From contig OX597817.1 of NCBI GenBank assembly GCA_951406725.2, positions 83,328,001-83,392,000 of the forward strand: 64,000 nt of DNA. The letters run 5' to 3'. Below are positions 13,890 to 27,378 of the stretch, one piece after another. A model generated the notes under the pieces. It was not told the origin of the DNA. It did no database searches and saw nothing but the letters and a program-made list of their open reading frames with translations. The stretch's first letter is position 1, and each line of letters begins with the position of its first letter. The position numbers and the translations under genes were made by a program. Source of the stretch: Octopus vulgaris (Eukaryota).

Positions 13890-13923
13890 ACTACTACTAC
13901 TACTACTTTTATTATTATTATTA
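13785..13923. repeat. (TTA)n/(TTG)n/(CTA)n microsatellite
   Basis: Visible; source of the poly-L/poly-N ORFs. Confidence 0.95.
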
Positions 13924-14319
13924 AAATCCCAACCACAAGCACAGATAAAATCGGAAGCAGCCACGAGTCCAAGAACAGGAAACGCAAATACGAAAGAAAA
14001 TTCCATTCATTTCAATGTTGTTTTGATAGAAAATATAATAATCAACAAAAGCATTTCCATCAATAGGGAAAGCTTTGAAAAGCTCCTCTTCAAAATTCCC
14101 AAAGCTAAACTTTTAATACAAACAGATTTACAGAGACATGGAGAATTAAAAGGAATTGAGCTTTTCAGAAAATCGTACAACAGAAATGCGTTGTAAACCC
14201 TTTCAACACTTCCATCTTTATCAACCGATCTCCAAAAGAGTAAAGAAGTGTGCCTCTTTCCACTTTTGTTTTCTATCCGACAGATCTAACTGTCTTTAGA
14301 GTTGGGCGTATAAATATGT

Positions 14320-14720
14320 GCGGCCTGGGATCAACTTAGAAGCAATTCACTTGATGAGCGATCTCAGGTCGCTTGACACAGATACGGTTGTCCTTGGCAA
14401 GACTAGGATTACTAGAGCACACACACACTGTGCCTATTTTCGATAAATGTAAGATATTCTCATCTCGTGGTCCGCTAAAATTGGGTGACGGAGCAGTGTC
14501 ATTTTGCAAGTCCTTATATCTTATGGTGCAAGCAGTTTCCTGGATTCAGACCGCAAATTGCTTGTTCTGGGTTTCAACGCTCACGAAGGTGGTGCTTTAA
14601 TACTAGTACCCACAACAGGGCAGAACGGACTGATATTTCAGGTCTCTTCAAACTTTCGTGGAGATATCCCGATCACTACCAGTGGAGAGAGATTGAAATT
14701 GTGTTTTAGTTGCATAGGGT
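14320..14720 (+). mobile_element. Decayed L1/Tx1-type APE endonuclease fragment
   Basis: Frameshifted VQAV-FLDSDRKLLVLGFNAHEGGALILV..FRSLQTFVEISRSL resembles the Tx1 endonuclease segment G.LVVLD..FRL.AVYAP..FF..LE.FL; judged by eye. Confidence 0.45.
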
Positions 14721-17374
14721 AGTTGTATGGATTAGCACATTAAGAAAGAGGGTGTAAAAGCTTCAGAAACCTACTCACAAGCTTCCAACTTTCTAACACG
14801 TGCTGACTGGATTTTCCAAAATGTGCCAGAGTTGACAGGGAGCAATAACAGCAAGTCATCTAGATTGTTTATGGATAGGGTATATTTAAGCTCCATACTA
14901 AACGTTTAATTGTATTTTCTGTACCTGTTTGTGCCCTGCAGGCTGATAAATGAAATGTGCTCTTTTAAGATATTTCTTCTGCATGTCTGTTTTGTCCATC
15001 AGAGTCTACATCTTTGTTTTCAAATTAAGAAAAAAACTTATTTAAAAAGATATGTTTTTAACATGCTGTCTTTTCTTGTTTTCAGAAACAGGCAAGTGAG
15101 ACAAGCAAAAGTGAAAAATGACTGAAAGATAGAGGAAGAAAAATTAGCATCCACTTTGCAGGGATGCCACAGAGAGCAGAAAAGTATATTATTTTCTTAC
15201 TTCTAACCTTAACAGTCACTGACAGAGGTGGTAACGTTACGACTGGCAACCATTTAAAGATGGCTATGTTGATGATAGTGAACAACTAGCTAAATGCCAA
15301 CGAGAAGCAACAAAAGTTTCTACCACCGCCACTAATAGCACTAACAGCACGAATAACAACGAAAATAGTTCCTTCTCTCTAATAAATAAATCGTTTAGTT
15401 CAATAATTTGGCCTTGGAAGACACTACGCGCTCAACGTACGAGCACCGAGAAAAGTAAGGTAGGAAACTTTGAGATTTGATCTAATATCCTTGTCTTTTA
15501 AAACAGAAAATATTGGAGGAAACAAGAACTATTTACAAGTTCACCATGAAGTGGCTCCGAAAGTATTGATTTTCAAAATTTCTTCAAATTACCTAAGGAC
15601 ATAATGTAATTGCCCACACCACAGCGCATAGATACATTTATGTCATAATAAACAGGAGGCACGACAATATTTACAATCACGTGTGTCAGGTGAATTCCTC
15701 TTTTACAACAGATATAGGAAGGGCCTCTTGCACGATCAGACTATCGAAAGTACTCCACTCTTGTAGTCAGAGCACCTGTTAAAAGGCGGTAGAGGAGTAT
15801 AGTAAACTGGTCAGTAGCAGTTCTGCTTTCAAAGTGAACTAAGTGGGAATAACTCTTAGCGTGATGATAGCATCACTTGCTGGCCTGATAATGAACCCTA
15901 AACTAGTTTTCTACAAGACTTATATGCTCGTTCTCTTTATGAAGAAGGATGTAGAGACAAAATACAAAAAGTGTAGCAGTATGATCCACTTGAGAGTCTT
16001 CTGCTCAGTGGGGAATCAGGTAGTACCCGTATTACAAAAATAATAACATTAGTTGTAACTTAATCAGCGCTATTATGACGTGTTGCGACTACAATAACAA
16101 CTCTGCAAGAAAACTTAAAGATATAGGGTAATCTGCATCAATTTAAACCAAAAAAGTATACATCACAAAATAAAAGGAATGCACACAAAAAACACAAAGG
16201 ATATTAATGATGGTACATATATATGGGAGAATATGTTGCTCTCGTTTCACACTTATGATTTTTCTCCTTCTGACCCTATGTTGAACGATGAGGACATCAA
16301 GAGAAAGGAAAGGGAGATGAAACATTGGGGTTAGGGTCACTCAACGCTGCAGCTATCCAGCTACGGCGATCACTTCTCAAAACAAAGTGGAATAAATTTA
16401 CAGCTTCAACACAAGACCAACGCAAACAACTAGAAACATAACAGTCATGGAAAGCACAACTAAAAAGACAAGAACGCAAACAATGTCGGCAAATTTCGCT
16501 AAAATACGAGCAATAAAGGAAACAACAAATAAACAAAAACAAAACAATCACAGACATGAAATCTGGAGAAAGAAATTAATAAATAAAACACAAAAGCAAT
16601 GATAGCATCACCAATAGCCAAAGACACAAACCTTCTGGCTTAATTTCACTGTTGTAAATAGGAACGGTATTCAGTAGAAGTATATAACACAAAACAACAG
16701 TGAGGAGGGGAAGTGCATACCTCAAAACGCCTTAAAAGAACAGAATGAAACGAAAGCGTGGAGCTAAAGGAACTCATCCTCAAAACACCAGTAAATTTAG
16801 ACAGTGACTTGAACTTTACAAATAATATACATGACCTATGAAGGAATCCTTGAGTAGCGTTCGAAATGGCCTAATTATTTTAAATGTGCTTTTCAATGAA
16901 ACTCTTCTCATCAAGACAAATGTTTCAGCCATTCTTTGAGACAACGGCAAGTGAATTTTCTCACGCTCTGTTTTCCTCTGCTCAACAACTCCGTATTAAA
17001 AGGTGGTTCTTTTAAAGCATGTGAGGTGATTTCGATTAGGAAGGAAGATACTTGTATTATAAACATGATGGCTATCAACGAGAGAAAAAGTGCTCATATA
17101 CATCGCATCAGCTTCTCGAAGTTTACATACCTGTCAATTAGCCAGATCTAATTGGCTAGTGGTATTGTTTCGGAGAGATCTTCCAGCAACTGGATTGTAA
17201 GTCGATGGTTGTCGTTGTGAACAGCCGTGAAGGCGGTGCCTTTTGATTAATGGTCATTTCTACCCCGACTGGTGCACAATGGCAGACTTTTTCATGTAAC
17301 TAGTCATACTTACGAAATTCATTTCCATGTCTGCTACAGGACAACTGACAGCACATTTTTGACGCGTTCTTAAA

Positions 17375-17750
17375 CTCAACTGGACGTCCGGAATGAGGTG
17401 CGTGTTTGAGGTCAAAATTTCCAATTTTGAACTTGGTATAACAATCGCAAGCGGTTCTTTCAGCTATGGCCTCTTCTCAATGCACAGCACAAATGTCGCG
17501 AGCAGTTTTTGTGGCCTTAGAACCTTGATTAAATGCAAAAAGAAGAAGGTATCGAAAATACTCGTTTTTCTTAACATGACATTACATTTTAATGATTTGA
17601 AAATAAACAAAAATTAACTAAAATTAACTAGAAAAAAAAGATCCCACAATGATTCAAAAATAGAATTCTCGGGAAAACTAGGTTCCAAAATTTAAAAACG
17701 TAATAAATTCCAAAGTTAAAAAAACGGCGGGAATTTAGTTGCCAACCCAA
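17375..17750 (-). mobile_element. mariner (DD34D) 5' segment, inverted relative to the rest of the element
   Basis: TIR ttgggttggcaactaaattcccgccg reads from 17750 on the minus strand, with TA at 17751-52. Translation FRYLLLFAFNQGSKATKTARDICAVH..NFDLKHAPHSGRPVEF is the mariner HTH N-terminus. Confidence 0.85.
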
Positions 17751-17799
17751 TACATTTTAAGAACGCGTTAAAAATGTTGTCCTGTAGCAGACATGGAAA

Positions 17800-18647
17800 C
17801 GACATGGGAACTGGCAGAGAAAAAGGAATGCTCCCACACTGCTATAGAGAAACATCTTTACTCGATGGAAAAGGTTCAGAAGTATGGAGCATGGGTTCCG
17901 CATGCTTTAAGTTACAACAACAAAAATCAACGAGCCACAATCTCCGCTGGTTTGCTTGCTCGTCACTGCTCAACTCATGGACACAAGCAACGATTTGTTT
18001 ACCGAATCGTTACTGGCGACGAAAAATGCTGACTGTACATCAATATGAAGCAGCGTACGAATGGCTAAGTCCCGGTAAACAAGCGACACCGCGCGTGAAA
18101 TAAGATCTTCATCCGCATAAAACGATGTTACGCGTATGGTAGGACTAGGAGGGGATTATCCATTACGAATTGTTTGAACGGAACCAAGCGGTCAACGCAT
18201 AACTCTATGTTCAACAGATGGAACGATTCAACACGGCTATTCAGGAGAAAAGACTTAACCGGCAGCATGGAGTTCTGCTGCACGACAACGCCCGTCCTCA
18301 TATCGCCAATTTGACAAAGGGAGCCATGGCTGGGAAGTGCTGCCGCGCCCGCCGTACTCTCCTGATTTGGAACTAACGGATTTCCACCTCTTTCGATCTC
18401 TTTCAAATGCTATCTGCGGAGTTTCGTTCAATACTGATGCAGAATTGAGGGCTTGGTTGGATCAAATTTTTGAATCGAAATCGGGTGACTTCTACCAACG
18501 AGGTATTAAAAATCTTGTTGAACGTTGGGAAGAGGTTGTTAACAACAAAAGTGAATACATTATTGATTAATTAGTTGTTATTTTTTACTAAAACTTTTTA
18601 AAAATTTAAATTAAAAAAAAACGGTGGGAACTTAGTTGCCAACCCAA
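17800..18647 (+). mobile_element. mariner (DD34D) transposase pseudogene, 3' part plus right TIR
   Basis: GAWVPHAL, RIVTGDEK, HDNARPH, PPYSPDL..DFHLF motifs; right TIR ...cttagttgccaacccaa followed by TA at 18648-49. Confidence 0.93.
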
Positions 18648-19239
18648 TACAAAGAGTACCTAGATAATTTGTTATTTAAGTAGGTAAGGATAGTATAGGT
18701 TATCTTGACGGTCTGTTTGTCGACTTCATAGACTAAAAGTGAGATCTGCAAAGTGAGCTTAAATAGTATGCATAGACAGAGACGGTTTACTGGAAACTGA
18801 ACGCGTTCTTCCAGATGTAAAATGATTACGCTAACCAAATTAATTTAGTAGTTCATTTGAGGTTGATGCAGTGAACATTTAAACTTAACTGTGAGTCATT
18901 CAGAAGAGAATCATTAGATAAGAATTGATAAAGTGTATCAAAGAAGTAGCGATAGAAAGAGATTAAAACAAATCCCAGTTATATTGACTCTATGACACAA
19001 TAAAAACAAAATGCAAAATAGCTTATTAAAGGGATGTTCTAAAGCAGTTCTTTTCTTAATATCAGGATATGTGTTTGCTAATCGGACAGCCTCGAAAAAA
19101 TGAATAATTTGTCTTTTTTTATTCATTCAAGTTTAGCCAAAGAAAGAATTTCTAATTAACAGGATTATAGCGTTGGAAGTGAAATCAAAATGAACAAAGA
19201 TTTTTTTTCTTTTTCTCTTTTTATGTGGGAAGCTGCTGA

Positions 19240-19996
19240 AAGATAATCTCCGAGAGAAAAGGCAACACATTTCAAGCAGTCAGTCCCACATATTTGATTT
19301 TTAGATCCGGATCCCTGAATATAAAAGCCAATAATTCTACAGATAAATTCAAACCAATATCATTTGGAATTTCTGTGGAAAGGTTTCTAATCCAATCGTA
19401 TTGCTCTATGCGTAATGATAGAAAATAAAAGCTGAAGTTCTCGCCAGAAGTTGTTATATGTTCAACGTTGACAGGAGTAATTTCCTTTAGAAGCTAAGGG
19501 AAACATTTCAAAATTACCATTTCAGGCTTTTCTTTTCCAGATTACTATTTTTGTTCTCAAATGCTCTCAGAATATCTGAAGATTTGAGAATATTTTCTTT
19601 TTGCATACTACTGTTGGGCTTATTAGGGTGTTGAAATATTCTTCGCAATGTTCTACACAAGAATTCTAAAATTCACGGATGTATTTTTAACTAGCTTCTT
19701 GAAAAAGAGCCAGAAGCTGTCCATGTTCAAGACAGAGTACTGCCCTGCATCCCACCACCTCGATAGTCATTTCACTATGATGTGTGAAAGTAAGTAGTAT
19801 GTACAGTTTAATTCATGTCAAAGCAGCTTTTCTCAAACAAACGATTTAATAAAATTTTCCATTTCAAGAATGATCAAAAACTTTCAATTCTGGTTTTGAT
19901 ATGAAGGCCTCTCTAATTAGAAAGTGATGTGTTCTAATACGATCAGGATAATCTTTTCTTTTTTACAAAGTCTTTCATACTGTCTGCTACAGAGAG

Positions 19997-20058
<62 letters not shown>

Positions 20059-20700
20059 CTATTAGTACAATTACCAACACATGACTTCCATTTTGTAATG
20101 TAGTTACATAAGATATGAAAAATGTCTTCAACTTTTGTAATGCCAGCTATTTCTTGGCGAGAAGAAAAAAAATCAACACATATTTACAGTTTGATCTACA
20201 CCATTAAAATGAATGAATGCCAATAGCTGCGCTCTGTTGGAAATGTCATTTGACTTGTCAACCGACAGAGAAAATTTTGAATGTTAGTGCTTACACCGAA
20301 GATAATATCAAAGTGCCCCTAAGAACTTTATCATTTGAAAGAGAGCAATATTTTACTTATTTCTTGTTCTACTTGATGTCCTAACATTGTCTCAACAACC
20401 TTTCTGGATGAAGTCAAAAATAATTGATTCCACCAATGTATGAAACTTCATTTTGAGCAATCACTTCAGATATTTAAGAACAAAACTGCAGCATTTTCAG
20501 AAAATGCGGTATTACACCTTCAAGATTATTTGCCTGTTATGTTTCTTTTGTTTCTGATAATCGTTTAAAAGGATTTGATCATCTTTATGGAGATGAAATT
20601 ATTTAATTTTGTAAAACCTATTTAACATGTTAGCAAGCATTGGTTTGTCTTATATCCATACAACCAAAACTGGTTTTATTTTCAGTAAACCAAAAAAATC
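19240..20700 (-). mobile_element. hAT (Charlie/Buster-like) transposase relic
   Basis: Minus strand at about 20215-20285 reads FSLSVDKSNDISNRAQLLAFIHF (compare FSLQLDESTD..AQLL.F.RF); THHFLIREA at about 19910-19935 (compare HC.LHRE.L); interrupted by (GA)n. Confidence 0.6.
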
Positions 20701-21797
20701 CTAATTAAATGTCATCGTATTTGCGACTAGGTTGAGTTTTTATCATTAAAAGCGCAGAAATCTGTTCTATTTGAAGTTTGCACTTCGGATTTACACTCAT
20801 CAATGCTGTATTTCTTAAGTAGAAATTTATTGATTTCATAGTTGTTTGCACGTTTCTGAATGTGAACATGCAAAGTAAAGTCATGATATACTCATATCCG
20901 TTCATAATTCCACAAAGAAAAGTTTTAAAATACCTTAATCATTTTAAATTTAGGCTATTTTATCCATGCCGTGTCATGCATAGATTTTTATTGTTTAATC
21001 ACGCCGCTGACAAATGCTGAATATGCAAATTACTCTGCCCATTATAGTTAAGTTCTTGTTTGACATGTATTGAAATAGTGTTAGTTAAACTGTCACCATT
21101 GTGAAATAGGAGGTATTTGTTATCTGATAGTAGCCAACATACCGTGAAGGTTGTTATAACTGTTTTTCATTTCACCGTGTGCGAAGAGAGAACAAGATAT
21201 TGTTTTCATTATTTTTTTCTTGTGGAATGAGCTGTACCCATAACTTTTGCTGACCCTTCGATACTAGTGACCTTGATGCCATTAATGTTAAATTTAAAAA
21301 TGCTAACGGTCAACGCCTACGGAAAAATCATAGGAGAAAATTTGCATGATCAAAAGAAAAATCTCTCGGTTCTTGTGGCCAAAAGATTAATTCAGAACAC
21401 GGATGTAGATGTAAAGTGAATTTTATTTTATTAAATAATGTGTACACTTTTAAGGGTGGGCTTTCTGTGTTAATATGGATATTGGCAATGACCGCGGAAA
21501 ATACATGATCATTTTGAGAATATTTAGATGGCTGAAAGTCTATAGAGAATCATGAAATATACGAAATCTTTTGAAGTTGTATTGGCAGGAAACTTTTGTT
21601 TCCTTAGATGGTGTAAAAGACCATATAGTTAGTATTAAATGTGCTGTCTTAAGAGACATTTTGATCTATAATTTTACATTATAATTTAAGAAGTGCACAA
21701 TCTAAACTATGGAAGGAAATCGGAAACATAATCTTTCTATTCTATTCTAATATTATTCTACGTTGGTAAATATTTAAATGAGCCTGGATGCGCTCTA

Positions 21798-22937
21798 CGT
21801 TGGGGTGCTGAAAAGTTCCTTGCTTTAAGGGTATCACGAAATGGTAGAGCTGTTATCTTTACAAGAAAGGTAGGACAATTATTTAGGAAAAGATATACAA
21901 CAAATTTTGATGGTATACCATATATCTTCCTCTTTTAGCAGATTTAACTCATGATGGCAACTCCTACATTGAACTTGGTAAAATTGAAGTACGGGTGGTC
22001 ATAAAGTTCCTCTTTTTGTAAGGCAAAGGAGCGACGCAAATCCATGGTAAGATGAAGAAAGTCTTGAAGGATGACTGCCATCTTATTTTACAGTGAAAAT
22101 CTTAGTGTCAAAGTTTCGGACAGATCATTTTGAGGTCACAGATAAACACGGTCAGGACGGCTAACTTCTGCGACAACGGAGGACAAAGCTGATGTTGTGC
22201 ACACCATTATTTTCGGGAGCCATCGATTTTCAGCTAAAGTCTAAGCTGAGAATCTGGGGATTTCCCTCGAAAGAGTTAGCCGCATCATCCACAACATTCT
22301 CGACATGAGAAAGATTTCCGCAAAATGGGTGCTGAAATTCTTGAATGCTGATCAGAAGCGCATCAGAGTAATGACTTGGCTTCATCTTTATGATTCTCAG
22401 ACCTATCAGTAATTAATGGAGTGGCGTCACAGCGTTTCACAGTGTTCCAAGAAGTTTCCGACCCAGAGGTCAGCTGGAAATATTCTGGCTTCAAAATTCT
22501 GGTACAAAGATGGAGTACTCTTCATAAAATACCTGCCAAAGGTCGCAAAATACTACATTTCTCTGTTGGACTAACTGCATGAAGCTTTGAAACAAACATT
22601 GTGGAAAGCTGAGGCGTGGTGTCCTGTTTTTGCCGGGCAATGCACCAGCACACACAGTACATGAAACTCTATGGAAAATACGCGACTTTGGTTTCGAACT
22701 TGTGGACCAGCCACCTTACCCTCCTGACTTGGCTCCCTCTAACTATCACCTCAGAAGTGATCGCTGCTTCAGAGGCCTGTTTGAAGGCTCAAACTTCCGA
22801 GTTCTTTTACAGGGCTTAGAAAAACTGTTGCAAAAACTGTGTGAATCTAAGAAGGGAATATAGAGAATTATATCATAATTAATTGCTCCTCCTGTATTTT
22901 CTTTTACACGAAGCCAGGAACTTTTCAGCGCCCTTCG
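21798..22937 (+). mobile_element. Decayed mariner element with both TIRs and TA TSD
   Basis: TA|cgttggggtgctgaaaagttccttgctt ... aagccaggaacttttcagcgcccttcg|TA; KISAKWVL, GNAPAH and PPYPPDLAPSNYHL motifs. Confidence 0.9.
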
Positions 22938-23378
22938 TATTCATCCGTATTTTCATATGAGTAAAATTCATATGATCAGACTTAAAGCGACATTCGCAGT
23001 GAGCAAAATATCTTAGCTGTCCCTCTTATCTGTGCTTTGTCAAAAACAAACGTATCTTTAATACAGGCACAGGCGTTGCTGTATGGTTACAGATTTCTCT
23101 CTTCAAACATGTGGATCTTAGTTTCGTCTCCTGCCTTGGGTAAGAGATTTTACTCTACATTCGAAGCGATAAATTCTCTGGGTTTAATTTAGTTCGCAGA
23201 AAATTAACATTTATGTTGAAGACCAGTTATGTGGTTGATGTCCCATACACAGCAGTTCGACTCTTGACTAAATCCTTGAAGGTGTTGCCCAAGCATCGCC
23301 GGCATTCAATAACTGGCAAAAGACTAAATCAATAAAAGAATATATATATAGTATACTTTACTTATATTATTATATTAT

Positions 23379-23515
23379 AGGCGTAGGAGTGGCTGTGTGG
23401 TAAGTAGCTTGCTTCGCAACCACATGGTTCCGGGCTCAGTCCCACTGCGTGGCATCTTGGGAGAGTGTTTTCTACTATAACCTCGGGACGACCAAAGCCT
23501 TGTTAGTGGATTTGA

Positions 23516-23575
<60 letters not shown>

Positions 23576-23697
23576 GTGTGTAGCATAAGCTTACAAAGAA
23601 TAAGTCCTGGGGTCGATTTGCTCGACTAAAGGCGGTGCTCCAGCATGGCCAAAGTCAAATGACTGAAACAAGTAAAAGAATAAAAGAATAAAAGAAT
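23379..23697 (+). mobile_element. tRNA-derived SINE family A (internally deleted)
   Basis: Head ggcgtaggagtggctgtgtggtaagtagcttgc, central (TG)n, tail gcatggcc..tgactgaaacaagtaaaaga; matches copies at 36296 and 39186. Confidence 0.9.
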
Positions 23698-24206
23698 ACT
23701 TTCATATTTATATATTATACCTTCAAAAAATACTTGTATATATAACTGACATTTCAGTTTCACCTTGACTCCCGCTTAGACTTTGTATATGCAATTACAT
23801 TTACATACAAATTCACTCGTACTGACGCAGTCATATATATATGCATATAGAGAAACTGATATATAAATATATATATATATATATACAGACATACAAATAT
23901 ATTCATACACACACACACACATGTATGTATGTATGTATGTATGTATGTATGTATGTATGCATGTATGATATATGCAGTCTATTAGGTTGTTGTGCGAAAT
24001 AATTTCATAGAGTAAAATACAGCTCAAATACACTTGAAACAGATAAAATAAATGTTAGAAAATAAGGTATCTAAAGATACGGGGAAGTGACACACTTTTT
24101 TATGATTTAATATTCTTCATTGCACCTCTCCGTGTTCAATCTCAACTCCGTTCTTTTTCACTCCTTACCTCTTATATGTCTCTCTCTAACTACCCATTTC
24201 CCTCTA

Positions 24207-24256
<50 letters not shown>

Positions 24257-25042
24257 TACGTCTCTCACTTCCTCTCCCTTTCAGTTCCTCTACTCCTTTG
24301 CTATTCAGGTTACTTTAACAAACAAAAAAAACACAGTAGTTAGGTAAGAAAATACTCCTACTGTATTAATATTTATATAGTTATATAGTTATGTACGTAT
24401 GCGCAAATATATAATTAGATAAGCATTTTAGGTTTAGCGAGTGTCAGTGGTGAACTGGGGATGACGTTACTTTGCATACACTTGTAATGTGTCATAAGTT
24501 ATGTTCTGCAAGTTAAATGTGTGTGTGTGTGTCTAAATTTGTAGCATAAGATATTGATTCAGAAAATTGGTGGTAATCACAGAATGTTCCTCCTACCGAT
24601 TCGACTAACAGTCCACATAGTAATCCAATACAGATAAGTGTAATGTAGAGTGACCTTGCATCTAATATCCAGAGGATCCGATCTTTCAAATTATGTCACG
24701 AGGAGTACATCTGACGTAAAATGTCCGGAGGTATGTGAGATAAATATATTTATTTAACCACTTGAAATCCACAGGATTACAGCCGTTCCGAAGCCTTCTT
24801 AATTATTATACACTGAAATTATTACTACATGAAAAGGGGTGAGAAACGGGATATAATAATAAGGATGCGAAGTGTTTAACTTAATATACTTATCTCTCAT
24901 ACCTCCTCGATATTTATGGTATATATATTTGTGTGCGTACATATACATATATATACACGTACACACATACATACCCGTGCGTATGTGTGTGAGTGTATGT
25001 GTGTGTGTCTGTGTGTGTGTGTGTGTGTTACAACAAAATTTT

Positions 25043-25111
25043 ATATAGAGTTACCCAAGGTTTCGCACCCACAAAGCTAAAGCCTTGTGGATAGCTCGTC
25101 AGACTCTATAT
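25043..25111 (-). ncRNA. Type I hammerhead ribozyme (HHR1), canonical core
   Basis: Minus strand: AUAUAGAGU-CUGACGA-[GCUAUCCACAAGGC UUUA GCUUUGUGGGUGC]-GAAA-CCUUGG-GUA^-ACUCUAUAU; perfect 9-bp stem I, long stem II, short stem III. Confidence 0.9.
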
Positions 25112-25211
25112 GAATACAAAATTTTAAAATATCTACATTGCAGACGTGAGGAAACGCTCAGAACTCGAGGAATACGAAAAAACCTTAATATGTACGGATT
25201 ATTTCCCTTTA

Positions 25212-25256
<45 letters not shown>

Positions 25257-25753
25257 CATACATGTATGTGTGTGTGTGTGTGTATGTCTCGTGATTGAGT
25301 ATGACCAGTTCCTAAACTCGAAGGCCATGCAAACGTTCCAAAAGTCTAAGAAATTCCTCTGCAGGATTTTACTTTGAATGTATAATATATTGCTCTGTAC
25401 TTGAATCTACTTTTCAGCAGTATCTGCTATTAAACTAGTGGCACAACAGAGGCGGAGGCGACCAGAAACGAACTGTACTTCAGATTTCTTCTATACGGTT
25501 TACCGTCTCAGAGAGAGGAGTTCTAACGAGAAACAGTGTTTTTTCACTGTCATTAGTTCACATGCTAGTAACCCTATAGGTGGGACCTTAACAGGTGCTT
25601 CTCCTACAGGTCAGAATAGATATTGAAACTATTCTGGCTAATAGATGTTCCATACTCCTTAACATCCTGGAAGACTTGTACCAGTAAACCACTACCGGAT
25701 GCAGTTTAAAGTCATACTGAGGTATATATATATATATATATATATACATACAC

Positions 25754-25799
<46 letters not shown>

Positions 25800-25914
25800 G
25801 CATACACATGCATATATATATATATACATGCACATATGTATACTTATATATATATTCTTACACATGCATATATATACAGATGTATACACATGCGTATATA
25901 TATATACATGTAAG

Positions 25915-26800
25915 AGACCAACGTGTATGTACGCCGCTATGTATTATATATAAAAAGTGCAAAAATGGGACAAGAACGCAAAACATCCATACATATGTGA
26001 TGGAAAAATAGTATAACAAAACGTCCAGACAGACGAGTCATTCGGAGTTCTCTATCCACATTCGAGTTCCAGATTATCTTTGCAATTATACTCGAAATTG
26101 CTCCAATCTGGCCAGCCCCAGGGAAAAACTAAGCTAAGAGCATTAGGTTCCTTGGAAGAAAGCAGCGAATGTATAAGAAAACAAGGACGAAAAAAAAAAC
26201 AGAGAAATGTTACAAATACAAATGCAATTAACAGGACATAACAACAGGTGTCTTTCGATTAAAGACAAATTAAATTAAGCTGGCGTGTGTGGTAGTAAAT
26301 CCTTACGGCAGGGACATACGATTTAACAGGCACAGGGAGGAATATAGATGTTGCGCGGATGGTAGTCTAACTAAGAAAGAAAGGTAAGGCCTGGCCGAAC
26401 ACCGGTCACAAGGGGAGAGAAGAGAGAGAGGTAGAGGCAGAGGGAGAGAAGAATTAAGTAGGGGCGAGAAAAAATGAAAGCGGCACAGTGAAGTAAAATA
26501 GGAGGTAAAGTAAGCATGAAGAGAAGGCCAGGAAATGTGAGAGAGGGGGAACGAAAGAACGAAGAGTGGAATGAACCAAGTGTGAAAGGGCTGATAGAAA
26601 GAAGGAAAGAATGAAAGAATGAATGAAATAATGAAAGAATGAAATAATGAAAGGATAATAGAGTCTTACAAAATATATATATAAATATATACTTACATAT
26701 AACAGACCAAAGTGTACGTACGCCGCTATATATTATATATAAAAATACAAAAATTGGACAAAAACGCAAAACATCCAGACAGTGAGATGATGCAAAAAAA
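25915..26800. mobile_element. ORF-less element with ~75-bp terminal direct repeat (789-bp period), probable PLE pLTR/3' tail
   Basis: agaccaacgtgtatgtacgccgct...aacgcaaaacatcca at 25915 recurs at 26704; lies between (TA)n-rich tracts. Confidence 0.55.
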
Positions 26801-26908
26801 AGGGCGTCTCATGAAAAGAATTTTCTGATCTCGGTTACTTATATGCCTTGGAAATCGAATAACAGGCCTGTGAATCCAATGGCTGAATGAAAAACTGATG
26901 TATGTATG

Positions 26909-26999
<91 letters not shown>

Positions 27000-27287
27000 T
27001 ATAATAATAATATAAGGTGAAATTAATTAATTTGGAATAATCATCAATTTCACCAAGTAGATTTCGGCATGTATAAGCCCCATTCAAGGAAGGTTTAAGT
27101 AATACTAAGTAATTAAGGGTTTAGCAACGATTTGCCTCACCACACACCGAATTTAGAAATAGCAGTCAAAAGAGTTTTGGCTATTCTTTCTACTTAAAAG
27201 GGAGATCCCAGTAAAACATAGCACTTAAAAGGCAAACAACGCAGGCAAAAGAGAAAGAAATGACGATAATCATTCTACATTAAGTCA

Positions 27288-27378
27288 CCTACGGACGTAC
27301 GTTTCGGAATTAAGCCATAGGAAAGCATAAAAATTAAATAATTATGTCTTACCTAACTATTTTCCTCCTCAGCGTAGG
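27288..27378 (-). ncRNA. Type I hammerhead ribozyme (HHR2, inverted copy)
   Basis: Reverse complement of the 27922-28012 motif; core CUGAGGA/GAAA/GUC intact. Confidence 0.85.

Noticed and set aside
13702-14196. 164-aa ORF with poly-Leu
   Set aside because: Mostly (TTA)n; the unique tail may be decayed LINE ORF1 but has no motif I can support
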